A stretch of 17,357 nucleotides of DNA from a virus (Duplodnaviria; Heunggongvirae; Uroviricota; Caudoviricetes). Numbering within the stretch: position 1 is the first letter of the stretch; every line of letters begins with the position of its first letter. This document shows positions 1 through 8,401 of this stretch, piece after piece. Location: positions 1-17,357 of IMG/VR virus record IMGVR_UViG_2663762648_000006; one strand, given 5' to 3'. The position numbers were made by a program, and so were the translations under genes. The notes beneath the pieces were generated by a model, which was not told the DNA's origin, searched no databases, and saw only the letters and a list, made by a program, of their open reading frames with translations.

Positions 1-868
1 CGGTGTTCTGCACCATGTGCAACGGCACCCGGAACAGACGACAGATTTCTTCAAGCTGAAACTTGCGGGTTTCCAGGAACTGGCTGTCCTCGGCGTTCAG
101 CGCCATCGACTTCCAGTCCAGCCCCATCTCAAGGATCATCGGGCGGTGAGCATTGCCAAGCCCGGTGTGACGCTCCTCAAAATCTTTCTTCAGGCGCTCA
201 TAAGCCTGATCTGACAGCGTCTGCTCTGTACGCAACACACCGGACGTCACCGCACCATTGCTGAACAGTCTGGCCCCGTGCTCTTCGGTCGCTGCCGCCA
301 GCGATATTGCCTCGCGGGCATAGGCGATGGGATTCAGCCCCACCAGACCGTCCAGCGTCAGCGTGCGCACATGCCAGATATCTTCCTGGCTCAGTACATC
401 CGTGGAACCGTCCGGGAATGTGACCTGATAGACCGGCTCCCAGCGACTGTTAAGCTTCGGTACCACACAACCGGGATCGACGGGCAGCAGTTCAGCCACT
501 TCGCCAAATGCTTTCACTTTGTAGGCGTAAAAGTTCCCCCTCAGGCACAGACAGGTGACCACCAGCTCCCAGAACTCCTGCGGCGTCATATAGCCATTGG
601 GATGCGTGGAGATCAGCTTATGCAGACGTTCGCCGGTGGCCCTCTGTTTCAGGCTGCCGTTCAGGTGATACAGATTGCAGGGCAACATCCCGACCGACTC
701 TGCCAGCACTCTGACGCAGGAAAAAACCGCCGTCAGTCGCATGGCCCGCTGACTGCTGATCTGCTTTCCGGTATAGGTGTCGTAAGACAACCCGATGGCA
801 TCCGCCAGCTCTGCTGGCGTGGTCACCGGCACGTCACTTTTTCGTTGAAATAATCCCGAAAAGAACAC
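1..868 (-). CDS. Phage portal protein, HK97-like (partial; C-terminus runs off the window)
   Basis: Minus-strand frame is open from a GTG at 868 to position 1, with GGAGG 6 nt upstream. The translation ([26 protein letters not shown]...LHMVQNT) looks like a portal N-terminus and it sits directly downstream of the large terminase. It is missing from the ORF track only because it is truncated. Confidence 0.8.
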   Translation of the reverse strand, partial: MFFSGLFQRKSDVPVTTPAELADAIGLSYDTYTGKQISSQRAMRLTAVFSCVRVLAESVGMLPCNLYHLNGSLKQRATGERLHKLISTHPNGYMTPQEFWELVVTCLCLRGNFYAYKVKAFGEVAELLPVDPGCVVPKLNSRWEPVYQVTFPDGSTDVLSQEDIWHVRTLTLDGLVGLNPIAYAREAISLAAATEEHGARLFSNGAVTSGVLRTEQTLSDQAYERLKKDFEERHTGLGNAHRPMILEMGLDWKSMALNAEDSQFLETRKFQLEEICRLFRVPLHMVQNT

Positions 869-1050
869 TATTTACCTCCGCCGACAGACTGCCGTGTACG
901 GTCGAGATATCGCGCCACCAGCCACGACCAGAACAGGCACAGCACCCCGGCAACAACAAAACCCGCCGGGGGATAAATCAGCCAGGCACCATACGCCAGC
1001 AAAAGCGCACCCAGCACGCCCACCAGTGGCGCGAGAATTATCAGAAACAT
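868..1050 (-). CDS. Small hydrophobic membrane protein (two predicted TM segments) between terminase and portal
   Basis: 60-aa ORF with GAGG 5 nt upstream of the ATG. Its stop overlaps the portal GTG (TAGTG). Strongly hydrophobic sequence ([24 protein letters not shown]...). Confidence 0.5.
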   Translation of the reverse strand: MFLIILAPLVGVLGALLLAYGAWLIYPPAGFVVAGVLCLFWSWLVARYLDRTRQSVGGGK

Positions 1051-1061
1051 AATGACCTCGG

Positions 1062-2819
1062 TTAAAGCGAGCGGATGCCCACGCTGATCAGATGTTCAGA
1101 CAGATCCAGCTCCGGTTCACCACCATTGACCAGCATCCGGCTCATTGCTGTAAACATCGCAACAGGGCCGTCGATTTTGGCTTCCAGCGTGGATTTATTC
1201 GGGAAGATATTGTCGTTTTTGTCCGGTTTTACCGTAACGTTAGACATCATCCAGTTCATGACCGGATGATTGCTGTGATGGAAACGCCCGGCATAGACCA
1301 GTGATTCCGTTTCCTTCATGGCCTCTGACAGATTGCGAACCGTCTGCGGAACCTCCACCAGCGGTATCCCTTCTTCAGCCAGTGCCAGGCTGAACTGCAT
1401 CGCGCTCCACGGGTCAAATCCCAGTTCCCTGAGGTTTTCACCACCAATCCATTCCAGTAAGTCACTTTTTATCTGAGCATGATCGATAACATCACCATCC
1501 GTCAGAATCAGCTTATCCATCTCCGCCCACTTCCGGTAAAGTTCTGCCTGCTGCCGCGAGCATCGTTCCAGCCGTCCTTCCGGAAGCCAGAATTTAAAAT
1601 CGGCATGAACATGCCCGTTATCCGTTCGCCAGAGTTTTGCCGCCGCACAGATATCAATCTTATGAGCAAGGTCAACGCCGACCCACATGGGATACGTTTT
1701 CAGCTCATGTCGTGGGGCAATGTATTCGCACTTCTCCCACTTAATCATGTCCATCCAGGCAGACTCTGCTGTTACCCACACATTCATGTGTTTGGTAAAA
1801 AAATTCACCCGCGCAGAGACCTGTTCTTTCGCTTTTTTCGCCAGGCGACGCAGATCATCCCAGCGTTTACAGATGCCCAGGCCGGGATTCGCTTTCTGCC
1901 AGACCGTTTCATCAAACGGATCATCTCCCTCATCGAGGGTGTAAATAATCGCAAAGTAGGAGTCGTCTTTTACCGCGCCCTCCACGTCGCTGTTATAGCC
2001 ACGCAATACCTTGATGGCGTAATCACGCTGCTCGTAACAAATCCCTTCCTTGTTAAACCCTGCCGTGGTGATACCAAATAAAAGGGACTGCAGACGGGCA
2101 CCGGTTGCCGTTTCCAGAACGTCCCACACGTCACGGGTTTTATGTGCATGCAGCTCATCAATAATGGCGCAGTGGATGTTCAGACCATCCAGGTTGTTTG
2201 CATCCGAAGAAAGCGGTTCAAATTTTGATGCGCTCTGCTCCTGGTAAATCGCCAGCTTGTTGAAATCAAACAACCGCCCGAGTGTCGACCGGGCTTTTCT
2301 GACCATATTTTTGGCGTCTTCAAACACGATTCTGGCCTGGTCACGCGTGGTTGCGGCTGAATACACCTCAGCTCCGCCTTCACCATCTGCCCCCGTCATA
2401 TACAGGCCGATACCCGATGACAGAGTTGATTTTGCGTTTTTACGGGCGACTTCGTTGTACGCCGTCCGGAACCGGCGCACCATCACCGGACGTCCGCTGC
2501 CATCGCTGCGCATGACAACTTCCCCGGTCTCTTCATTGACCAGCGGAATGACAAAACCAAAAATATTAATGAGGATAAATACATGCCAGTCCATCAACTC
2601 AATGGGCTGGCCTGCCAGCGCCCCTTTTACATGAGGCACAAATTTGTAGAAATTCAGGATGTGCTGCGCACGGGGTTCACTGAAATAAATCCCCCGCTCT
2701 TCGCCGTACTTCAGATCATCAAGAAAACGCTGGCAGGCCAGGCGGACAAATTCGCCAGCAACAATTTCTCCTGCAACAACACGTTCGGCGTAGCGGATCC
2801 CGTCAGCCACTTTTGCCAT
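1062..2819 (-). CDS. Terminase large subunit
   Basis: 585-aa ORF with ATGA start/stop overlap to the upstream small subunit gene. Size, position and sequence character fit phage TerL; the family call is recollection-based. Confidence 0.93.
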   Translation of the reverse strand: MAKVADGIRYAERVVAGEIVAGEFVRLACQRFLDDLKYGEERGIYFSEPRAQHILNFYKFVPHVKGALAGQPIELMDWHVFILINIFGFVIPLVNEETGEVVMRSDGSGRPVMVRRFRTAYNEVARKNAKSTLSSGIGLYMTGADGEGGAEVYSAATTRDQARIVFEDAKNMVRKARSTLGRLFDFNKLAIYQEQSASKFEPLSSDANNLDGLNIHCAIIDELHAHKTRDVWDVLETATGARLQSLLFGITTAGFNKEGICYEQRDYAIKVLRGYNSDVEGAVKDDSYFAIIYTLDEGDDPFDETVWQKANPGLGICKRWDDLRRLAKKAKEQVSARVNFFTKHMNVWVTAESAWMDMIKWEKCEYIAPRHELKTYPMWVGVDLAHKIDICAAAKLWRTDNGHVHADFKFWLPEGRLERCSRQQAELYRKWAEMDKLILTDGDVIDHAQIKSDLLEWIGGENLRELGFDPWSAMQFSLALAEEGIPLVEVPQTVRNLSEAMKETESLVYAGRFHHSNHPVMNWMMSNVTVKPDKNDNIFPNKSTLEAKIDGPVAMFTAMSRMLVNGGEPELDLSEHLISVGIRSL

Positions 2820-3301
2820 CAGTCTCTCGCTTTTAAAAGCTCCGCCAGCGGATCAACATCATCCGGTCCGGCGATATTTACTTTAGCCCGGCTTGCCGGT
2901 GACATACCAAACTCTGCAAGCATTGCCCGGATCCGCTTCCAGGCATCCGCTTTCATTGCCGCCGCGGGGTGCGCCTTAATCAGTACATCACCGCTCTGCG
3001 TTTCCGTGCGGTAGGTATACCCCTCAACATCGAGTGTTTCGCAGTGATGCCGATATTCGGTGTAGGCTTCCACCAGCAGCTCGAGCGCACGCGCATCAAG
3101 CTGAGAAATGATCCCTTCCGCATTCAGCTCTTCCGCCATTCGCCTGAACCAGTACTTCCCCTGAGCCCCTAAATGCTGCGGAATTTTAGGAAGACCTTTT
3201 TCATCCTTTTTAGCGGTTTTTTTGTGGTCTTTAACGGGGCGCTTTGAGGGGTTACCTCGAATCAAATGCAGGCGTGGCGGGGTTTTCGGAGGTCCTGACA
3301 T
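2819..3301 (-). CDS. Terminase small subunit (P27-like)
   Basis: 160 aa with a basic N-terminus, immediately upstream of and overlapping TerL. Confidence 0.8.
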   Translation of the reverse strand: MSGPPKTPPRLHLIRGNPSKRPVKDHKKTAKKDEKGLPKIPQHLGAQGKYWFRRMAEELNAEGIISQLDARALELLVEAYTEYRHHCETLDVEGYTYRTETQSGDVLIKAHPAAAMKADAWKRIRAMLAEFGMSPASRAKVNIAGPDDVDPLAELLKARD

Positions 3302-3449
3302 AATCGGTCTTACCTATCAATCGTTTGTTCACATTTCCAAAAAAAAGTTTTCGAACCTGCGGCGATGTGAGGAAGGGTCAGGCGGCGGTACTGAACAGCC
3401 AGGGTTGCAGAGATTTGACCCGCCCCTCCCCTGCAGATGGGAGCTGTTA

Positions 3450-3800
3450 TCAATTGATGCGTTCGCGCGCTGTTTTTGCTTTATGACAGGGCCAGCACAG
3501 ACTCTGCAGGTTACTGTCTGCATCCGTGCCACCATGAGCTTTCGGAATGATGTGGTCCACAGTTCTGGCTTCAACGGCTCTCCCATTGCGCAGGCAGTTC
3601 TGACACAGATGATTATCACGCTTCAGTATGCGCGCACGTATGGCATCCCATTTCGAGCCATAGCCACGCTGGTGGCGGCTCAGTCCGCGTTGATGCTGTA
3701 CCCATCCTTCGCCACGATGTTTATCGCAGTAACCAGAACTGTCTGTGGTTGTACCTGCACATCCACGCTTACGGCAGGCGCGGGGGGTTAGTGCTGGCAT
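3450..3800 (-). CDS. HNH endonuclease (packaging-associated)
   Basis: 116 aa, cysteine-rich, with an HNH-like motif (DHIIPKAHGG...CWPCH). Its position just upstream of TerS is typical of HK97-like cos phages. Confidence 0.88.
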   Translation of the reverse strand: MPALTPRACRKRGCAGTTTDSSGYCDKHRGEGWVQHQRGLSRHQRGYGSKWDAIRARILKRDNHLCQNCLRNGRAVEARTVDHIIPKAHGGTDADSNLQSLCWPCHKAKTARERIN

Positions 3801-3938
3801 GTTTCGCCCTTATATAAATCAAAGGTGACCTGCATTGAGTATCTCCATGGAATAGATTTGCTGCTGATATGAGACAGATCAATAGACTTCATGAGCCAAC
3901 GGGTGTAGATATTACTTTTTACTTCAGAGGGTTAACTC

Positions 3939-4478
3939 ATGGATATTAAAGATAAAATCAATACCATTTTGTTATGTGACATTGCCATCCACCTAGGTAT
4001 CGAAACTGATATTGATCCACAGCTTGTTAAATATGCTGTGTCATCTGGTAATGATTGGGTTATCAAGGCCGAATATTCACATTTGGATGTTGACGAACCA
4101 AGTAAAGAAGATCGTGATTTTGTTACTGCTGTCTTGAATATGTATCGCGGACTTTCCAATGCTTTCAGGAAACTTAGTGATGACGAGCAAAAAGAATTAG
4201 TCCGTGACCATCATCTAAAAATACATGATGGGGCAATTCAGCTCCCAGGTTTCGACGGTAATAATGAATGCGATTACTTCAGTATCATTGAGGCATATCA
4301 GAAAATTGATCGCTTCCCCGAACAGAAACAGCCCATTGCCAATACTCATTCACGTACAGAACATCTCTATAACGCAATGCTTGATGAGTTTAAGAAAATT
4401 GACGCTGTAAATCGAAGCTGGGATTTATCGAAGGAAGAACTGGCATCCATTCTTTCCACAGCTCCACGCAGTTTCTAA
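3939..4478 (+). CDS. YfbU-family (UPF0304-like) protein; moron antisense to the late operon
   Basis: 179-aa ORF with AGAGGG 8 nt upstream. Local GC is visibly lower than the flanks. Blocks resemble my recollection of E. coli YfbU (NMYRGLS, GFDG, C-terminal LSKEEL...IL). A stem-loop follows the stop. Confidence 0.65.
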   Translation: MDIKDKINTILLCDIAIHLGIETDIDPQLVKYAVSSGNDWVIKAEYSHLDVDEPSKEDRDFVTAVLNMYRGLSNAFRKLSDDEQKELVRDHHLKIHDGAIQLPGFDGNNECDYFSIIEAYQKIDRFPEQKQPIANTHSRTEHLYNAMLDEFKKIDAVNRSWDLSKEELASILSTAPRSF

Positions 4479-4483
4479 GTGCT

Positions 4484-4750
4484 TTAGGCGGGTTTCCAAC
4501 CCGCCTTATTATGCTCGTATATAGAGAAGGAAGCACCCAAATTAACCAGCGCGGATTTCTTTTCCTCAATACGGCTGTTAAGTTCAGCAACTGCATGCGG
4601 GCGTATGGCCTCAAGAAAAGCACTATATTGATAGGCAGACTGGATTGTCACACCAAGCCCTGCACCACTTTCCAGTATACCTTTCTGTCGCTGTAGCTCT
4701 TTCATCTCGTTATAGATGTAATGTGCGTTACTTAGGTTTTCTACGTTCAC
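4484..4750 (-). CDS. Hypothetical protein (GTG start; doubtful)
   Basis: 88-aa ORF co-directional with the late operon, but its 3' end is encoded by the terminator hairpin of the opposite gene and there is no convincing RBS. Confidence 0.3.
   Translation of the reverse strand: MNVENLSNAHYIYNEMKELQRQKGILESGAGLGVTIQSAYQYSAFLEAIRPHAVAELNSRIEEKKSALVNLGASFSIYEHNKAGWKPA
4487..4510 (+). terminator. Stem-loop after the YfbU-like gene (8-bp GC-rich stem, 3-nt loop, then TTATT)
   Basis: ggcgggtt-tcc-aacccgcc is read directly from the sequence. The U-tract is weak. Confidence 0.45.
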
Positions 4751-4905
4751 GCCCTAAGTTCTTCCTGCAGTTAGCCTGCACTGATTTGTTATGCGCCAAT
4801 ATGTCCCGCTTCGTCTGTTGCATTATCATAAGTAATAGCGTAGGTTGACACCTTGGCTCTCTTTCGCCACCGGCGAATCTTTAGCGGATTATCCTTGGCC
4901 GGTTT

Positions 4906-5388
4906 TTATCTGAGACATTGCTCACGAATGTATAGCTGTGCCCCTTCCAGTTGCTTCTGCATCGTCATCAACCGTTCTCTGAGGGTGAAATAATCCCGTT
5001 CAGCGGTGTCTGCCAGTCTGGGGCTGGTTGCATTATCCACGCTGGTGGGTCCGGTGGCTTCACGCACGGCTGCGGAGCAACTGGCATTGACCCGCAGGCG
5101 CTTACGACCAGCGGCAACATCAGCGCGCAGAGTTTCATTTTCAGCTTTCGCATTGGCTAATTCTCTCGAGTACTTTGCATCGAGCGCAGCAACATCACGC
5201 TGACGCTGCTGCATGTCAGCGATGGTGGCGGTCAGCTGCTTCAGCTCACTGACTTTTTTATCACGCTGTTCTTTGTAGGTGATGGCGTTATCACGGTAAT
5301 GATTGACCGCCCACGACAGGCAGACGATGATGCAGATAACCAGAGCATAAATAATCGCGGCGACTCTGCTCACTGATCTATTCCCCAA
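4906..5388 (-). CDS. Rz-like i-spanin
   Basis: 160 aa with an N-terminal TM segment and a charged coiled-coil-like body, immediately after the endolysin, with an embedded +1-frame lipoprotein ORF. Confidence 0.88.
   Translation of the reverse strand: MGNRSVSRVAAIIYALVICIIVCLSWAVNHYRDNAITYKEQRDKKVSELKQLTATIADMQQRQRDVAALDAKYSRELANAKAENETLRADVAAGRKRLRVNASCSAAVREATGPTSVDNATSPRLADTAERDYFTLRERLMTMQKQLEGAQLYIREQCLR
4968..5153 (-). CDS. Rz1-like o-spanin lipoprotein, embedded in Rz
   Basis: 61 aa with a lipobox (LVVSAC) and a proline-rich body, wholly inside the Rz gene in another frame. Confidence 0.82.
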   Translation of the reverse strand: MRKLKMKLCALMLPLVVSACGSMPVAPQPCVKPPDPPAWIMQPAPDWQTPLNGIISPSENG

Positions 5389-5903
5389 CAGGCTAATGCG
5401 CTTTCTTGGTCACGACGAATAACCTGTCCATAGCAGTTATTTGAACGTATGCGGCAATCGCGCCCACCATCTTTTATCCACCAGCGAATCGCCTCGCATG
5501 CGCCCTTACGATCACCAGCATTCAGCCGCTTATAAAACGTCGATGGAAAACACTTACCGGGGCCAATGTTATAGGGACAAAATGACGCGATACCCGCTTT
5601 TTGTGGTTCGGTCAGTGGTACTTTAATATTGCGCTCCACCCATGCCAGCGCCTTATCACGCTCAATGGCGTTGACCTGGTCGCATTTTTCCTTCGACAGT
5701 TTCATACCGGGAAAAACGGGTTTTCCATCCACCATCGTGGCACCCCGACAGATGGTCCAGATGCCGGAACCATCGCGGTATGCCGTTGTGTGGTTACCTT
5801 CTTTTTCATCCAGAAACTGGTCGAGAATATCAGGCGCGGGCGCACCGACGGCAATCAGTGCCAGAACGGCAGCCGACAGGCCGTATCTGATTTTTGCGTT
5901 CAT
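5370..5903 (-). CDS. Endolysin, lysozyme-type with N-terminal signal-anchor-release (SAR) domain
   Basis: 177 aa. A hydrophobic Gly/Ala-rich N-terminus is followed by a T4-lysozyme-like Glu/Asp/Thr motif ([20 protein letters not shown]). It pairs with a pinholin as in phage 21. Confidence 0.88.
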   Translation of the reverse strand: MNAKIRYGLSAAVLALIAVGAPAPDILDQFLDEKEGNHTTAYRDGSGIWTICRGATMVDGKPVFPGMKLSKEKCDQVNAIERDKALAWVERNIKVPLTEPQKAGIASFCPYNIGPGKCFPSTFYKRLNAGDRKGACEAIRWWIKDGGRDCRIRSNNCYGQVIRRDQESALACWGIDQ

Positions 5904-5966
5904 GGATATTTATCAGGATTTATCGGTTTCTGCCCACGGACAGGTTTATCTGTTCCGGTCAGTGAC

Positions 5967-6317
5967 TTAAGGTTGTGATTCCGGAGGAGTCTTCAGAGAA
6001 CCAGTAATTCTTCCTGGTAGCTTTCCTTTGTAGGTTATCCACACATTCTGCGCCTCTAAAATTACGGGGCGCTTTTCCGGCGACTGCTCATCCCCTTCAC
6101 ATAACCCGGCAGCAACATCCAGGAAGACCTGTCTGATGCTCCTTCTGGCTGCTGCCTCATAAAACTCCAGCGCGGCACCTTCAACACGGTCCAGCGAGAT
6201 GTCCAGGTCAAAAATTTCACCGTCAAAGCGTTTTTTGTCCCGTAACGCTAAAGTTACCGTAACTTTATTCTCAAAATTGCGGATCCCTTTCACAATCAGT
6301 TCATAGTTTTGAGTCAT
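5967..6317 (-). CDS. Hypothetical protein inserted between holin and endolysin
   Basis: 116-aa soluble ORF with a 4-nt gap to the holin stop. It may correspond to small DUF proteins found between essQ and rrrQ in cryptic prophages, but I could not verify that. Confidence 0.55.
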   Translation of the reverse strand: MTQNYELIVKGIRNFENKVTVTLALRDKKRFDGEIFDLDISLDRVEGAALEFYEAAARRSIRQVFLDVAAGLCEGDEQSPEKRPVILEAQNVWITYKGKLPGRITGSLKTPPESQP

Positions 6318-6321
6318 TGAA

Positions 6322-6537
6322 TTACTCTCCCCGTGCAGCCTTACGCTTGTCTTCTCTGATTTTGAAGTACAGATTTGTCAGATAAGTCAGGAAGCCCAGA
6401 ACCAGACTCCCCAGTACACCAATCGCAGCCCACTGTGACGGACTGACCTGATCAAGCCACTGTAAAAACCAGTAGCCAGCACTGCCTGCGGAGGTGCCAT
6501 AGGCAATGCCCGTTGAAATTTTGTCCATGGATTTCAT
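6322..6537 (-). CDS. S: Class II holin, phage 21 S-type pinholin with dual-start motif
   Basis: 71 aa starting MKSMDK, nearly identical to my recollection of S21 (…[26 protein letters not shown]…). GGAGGTGAG precedes the start. Confidence 0.9.
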   Translation of the reverse strand: MKSMDKISTGIAYGTSAGSAGYWFLQWLDQVSPSQWAAIGVLGSLVLGFLTYLTNLYFKIREDKRKAARGE

Positions 6538-6594
6538 AGCCTCACCTCCGCAAATAACGGATGGCGTAGTTTTACACTGAGAAATGAAAGGGAT

Positions 6595-6622
6595 TTGAAA
6601 AGAAAAGCCCGCAAAAGCGGGC
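6595..6622 (-). terminator. Rho-independent terminator (tR'-like) between the tRNA cluster and the holin
   Basis: Minus strand reads GCCCGC-TTTT-GCGGGC followed by TTTTCTTTTC. Confidence 0.7.
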
Positions 6623-6829
6623 GAAACAATATATACAGTAAGGAAAGCACTCTATCCAACAAACCACCCACAGTTAATCGGAATAAAAGCAGAGTGCTTA
6701 TGAATGATCGCCTGCCCGAAGGTTAGTATTTCTGCACAGCAATTTTGCAAAAAAAAGCGATCATTCATAACTTAAACGTCTTTCAGTCACTCCGGGATTT
6801 CCCATCATCGCAGACTGAAAGACTCTAAC

Positions 6830-6904
<75 letters not shown>

Positions 6905-6907
6905 ATA

Positions 6908-6983
<76 letters not shown>

Positions 6984-6985
6984 AC

Positions 6986-7062
6986 TGGACCGCCACCGGG
7001 GACTCGAACCTCGCACACTCAACTTAAAGGGTTGACGCTCTTTCCTGATGAACTGGTGACGG
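6986..7062 (-). tRNA. Atypical tRNA-like gene (anticodon loop CCTTTAA, nominally UUU; possibly degenerate)
   Basis: 77 nt with encoded CCA and a T-loop TTCGAGT, but C at position 8, C at position 33 and a T-stem mismatch. It lies 1 nt downstream of the tRNA-Ile-like gene. Confidence 0.4.
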
Positions 7063-7063
7063 T

Positions 7064-7139
7064 TGGTGGCCCTTGCTGGATTTGAACCAGCGACCTGGCG
7101 ATTATGAGTCGCTCGCTCTCACCACTGAGCTAAAGGGCC
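7064..7139 (-). tRNA. ileZ: tRNA with CAU anticodon, tRNA-Ile2 (lysidine) type, ileZ-like
   Basis: 76-nt clean cloverleaf: acceptor GGCCCTT/AAGGGCC, anticodon loop CTCATAA, T-arm GCTGG-TTCAAAT-CCAGC, CCA. It closely resembles my recollection of E. coli ileX and of the tRNA carried by Stx-type phages. Confidence 0.8.
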
Positions 7140-7148
7140 GGGCGCAGG

Positions 7149-7177
7149 ATAATAACGTTACGAAATCAATGTTGCAA
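7149..7177 (-). promoter_or_regulatory. Sigma-70 promoter (pR'-like) driving the tRNA cluster
   Basis: Minus strand has TTGCAA, a 17-nt spacer, then TATTAT. The predicted start is about 7 nt upstream of the first tRNA 5' end. Confidence 0.6.
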
Positions 7178-7254
7178 GCATTCAAAAATCACCTGGTTAA
7201 AAATCACCCTTAGCTCCTCCACCAGCGCATTCACCATGTCTATCCGAGATAAGT

Positions 7255-7296
7255 GGCACAAAAAAACCCGCTTGTGGGCGGGTTTTGTTTGCTTTT
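7255..7296. terminator. Bidirectional Rho-independent terminator downstream of the Q-like gene
   Basis: AAAAAAA-CCCGC-ttgtgg-GCGGG-TTTTGTTTGCTTTTG: hairpin flanked by an A-run and a T-run. Confidence 0.65.
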
Positions 7297-7349
7297 GCCA
7301 TCACGTACAAAATCGGCAAAATATCAGATTTGCATGAAATATATGCCTT

Positions 7350-8039
7350 TCAATCTACTTTTGCAACACTTTGCTTTGAAAATGCCGCCTTTTGTTTTGA
7401 ACGTGTTCTCATTACAAACAATAAAGCCTCACTATCCAGTCGTTGAAAAATGTGTTTCATTGCAACCCAGTGACGAGTAAATGTTTTGGACCAGTTTTTA
7501 GTTGTCACTCCCGCCAGTAATGCCAGCTCCTGGTATTCATAACCTTCCCCACCAAAAAGTTCTGCTTTTACTGCCTGCGCCGCCAGCCAGATTAATTTTT
7601 TCAGGCGTTCCTGCGTTTTCCCTGCAATTTTTCTGGTACCGGATTGAGTATTAAATTCATTCCACGCCCACTGTGTTATCGCGATCTGATATTCCCAACA
7701 AATACTCTCGCCGTAACACCACAACAACCAGGCTTTATGATGCTCTTCAAGAGACAGCAAAGCCCGCCGCCATGATGATGTCGAAAACTCAACCGGGCTG
7801 ACCAGGGCAATTGATGAGCCATTCGCCAGTGATTGTTTTCCCGGGATTGGTGGATTATCCCGCGTTATCATTTTTCCAGTCACTTCATCGCGGTACCGGA
7901 TTTTTTTTCGCCTGTAACGCCCTGTATCGAACATGGCATTCTCCTGCCAGGCTTCAAGCTGACCTTTTGTTGCCCCACTCAAATCAGCGGTGGCGATAAT
8001 GAGCTGCTCACGCACAAACTGTAAATACTGGTTATTCAT
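7350..8039 (-). CDS. Putative late-gene antiterminator (Q-like); assignment by position only
   Basis: 229 aa from the ATG at 8039, which overlaps the rusA stop (ATGA). It is the last gene before the terminator, promoter, tRNAs and lysis cassette. I do not recognise the sequence as a specific Q family. Confidence 0.45.
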   Translation of the reverse strand: MNNQYLQFVREQLIIATADLSGATKGQLEAWQENAMFDTGRYRRKKIRYRDEVTGKMITRDNPPIPGKQSLANGSSIALVSPVEFSTSSWRRALLSLEEHHKAWLLWCYGESICWEYQIAITQWAWNEFNTQSGTRKIAGKTQERLKKLIWLAAQAVKAELFGGEGYEYQELALLAGVTTKNWSKTFTRHWVAMKHIFQRLDSEALLFVMRTRSKQKAAFSKQSVAKVD

Positions 8040-8401
8040 GCGCACTCCAGTTCTGTGATTTTTATCCCCAGCCGCCCACCAGGAACGAGCTGACCGCGCA
8101 CAATATTGATTTCATCAAACTGCTCGTCGTCTATGAGTAGTCCGGCATGCGTCAGCGCATCCAGTGGTGCTTTCAGGATATTGTCCAGGTCACGACGGCG
8201 CTTATCCGGTGGCTCTGCAATAATCTTTATCGCCAGCCTTCCGGACAGGTTTAATTTCAACCGCTGCTGGCGAACAATTAGCGCCACATCATGGCGATAA
8301 CGCTTTCCGGCCTCCGAGATGAAATACGTATTGCCATGACGTCGCCAGTAGGTATTCACCGTCGGCGGGTAAGGCAAAACAAATTCTATGCGTTCAGTCA
8401 T
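8036..8401 (-). CDS. rusA: Holliday junction resolvase RusA
   Basis: 121 aa with motifs matching my recollection of RusA (PPTVNTYW, DKRRRDLDN...K...DALT). Confidence 0.88.
   Translation of the reverse strand: MTERIEFVLPYPPTVNTYWRRHGNTYFISEAGKRYRHDVALIVRQQRLKLNLSGRLAIKIIAEPPDKRRRDLDNILKAPLDALTHAGLLIDDEQFDEINIVRGQLVPGGRLGIKITELECA

Noticed and set aside
17-853. Plus-strand ORFs 17..214 and 278..853
   Set aside because: They lie antisense to the minus-strand portal reading frame, which is continuous from 868 to the window edge with a good RBS. They are shadow ORFs of a GC-rich gene.
1075-2634. Several plus-strand and short minus-strand ORFs inside the large terminase region (for example 1479..2081 and 2257..2634)
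   Set aside because: All are embedded in or antisense to the 585-aa terminase ORF, which has clear coupling to its neighbours. No RBS or independent support.
3222-3791. 189-aa plus-strand ORF and 96-aa minus-strand ORF (3329..3619)
   Set aside because: They overlap the HNH endonuclease gene and the putative cos gap in alternative frames, and the translations are low-complexity and Cys/Gly/Arg-rich, typical of out-of-frame reading.
4511-4848. Plus-strand ORFs 4511..4696 and 4645..4848 in the low-GC island, and a TTGACA hexamer at 4844
   Set aside because: No RBS, overlapping frames and implausible composition. The TTGACA has no -10 element at the correct spacing.
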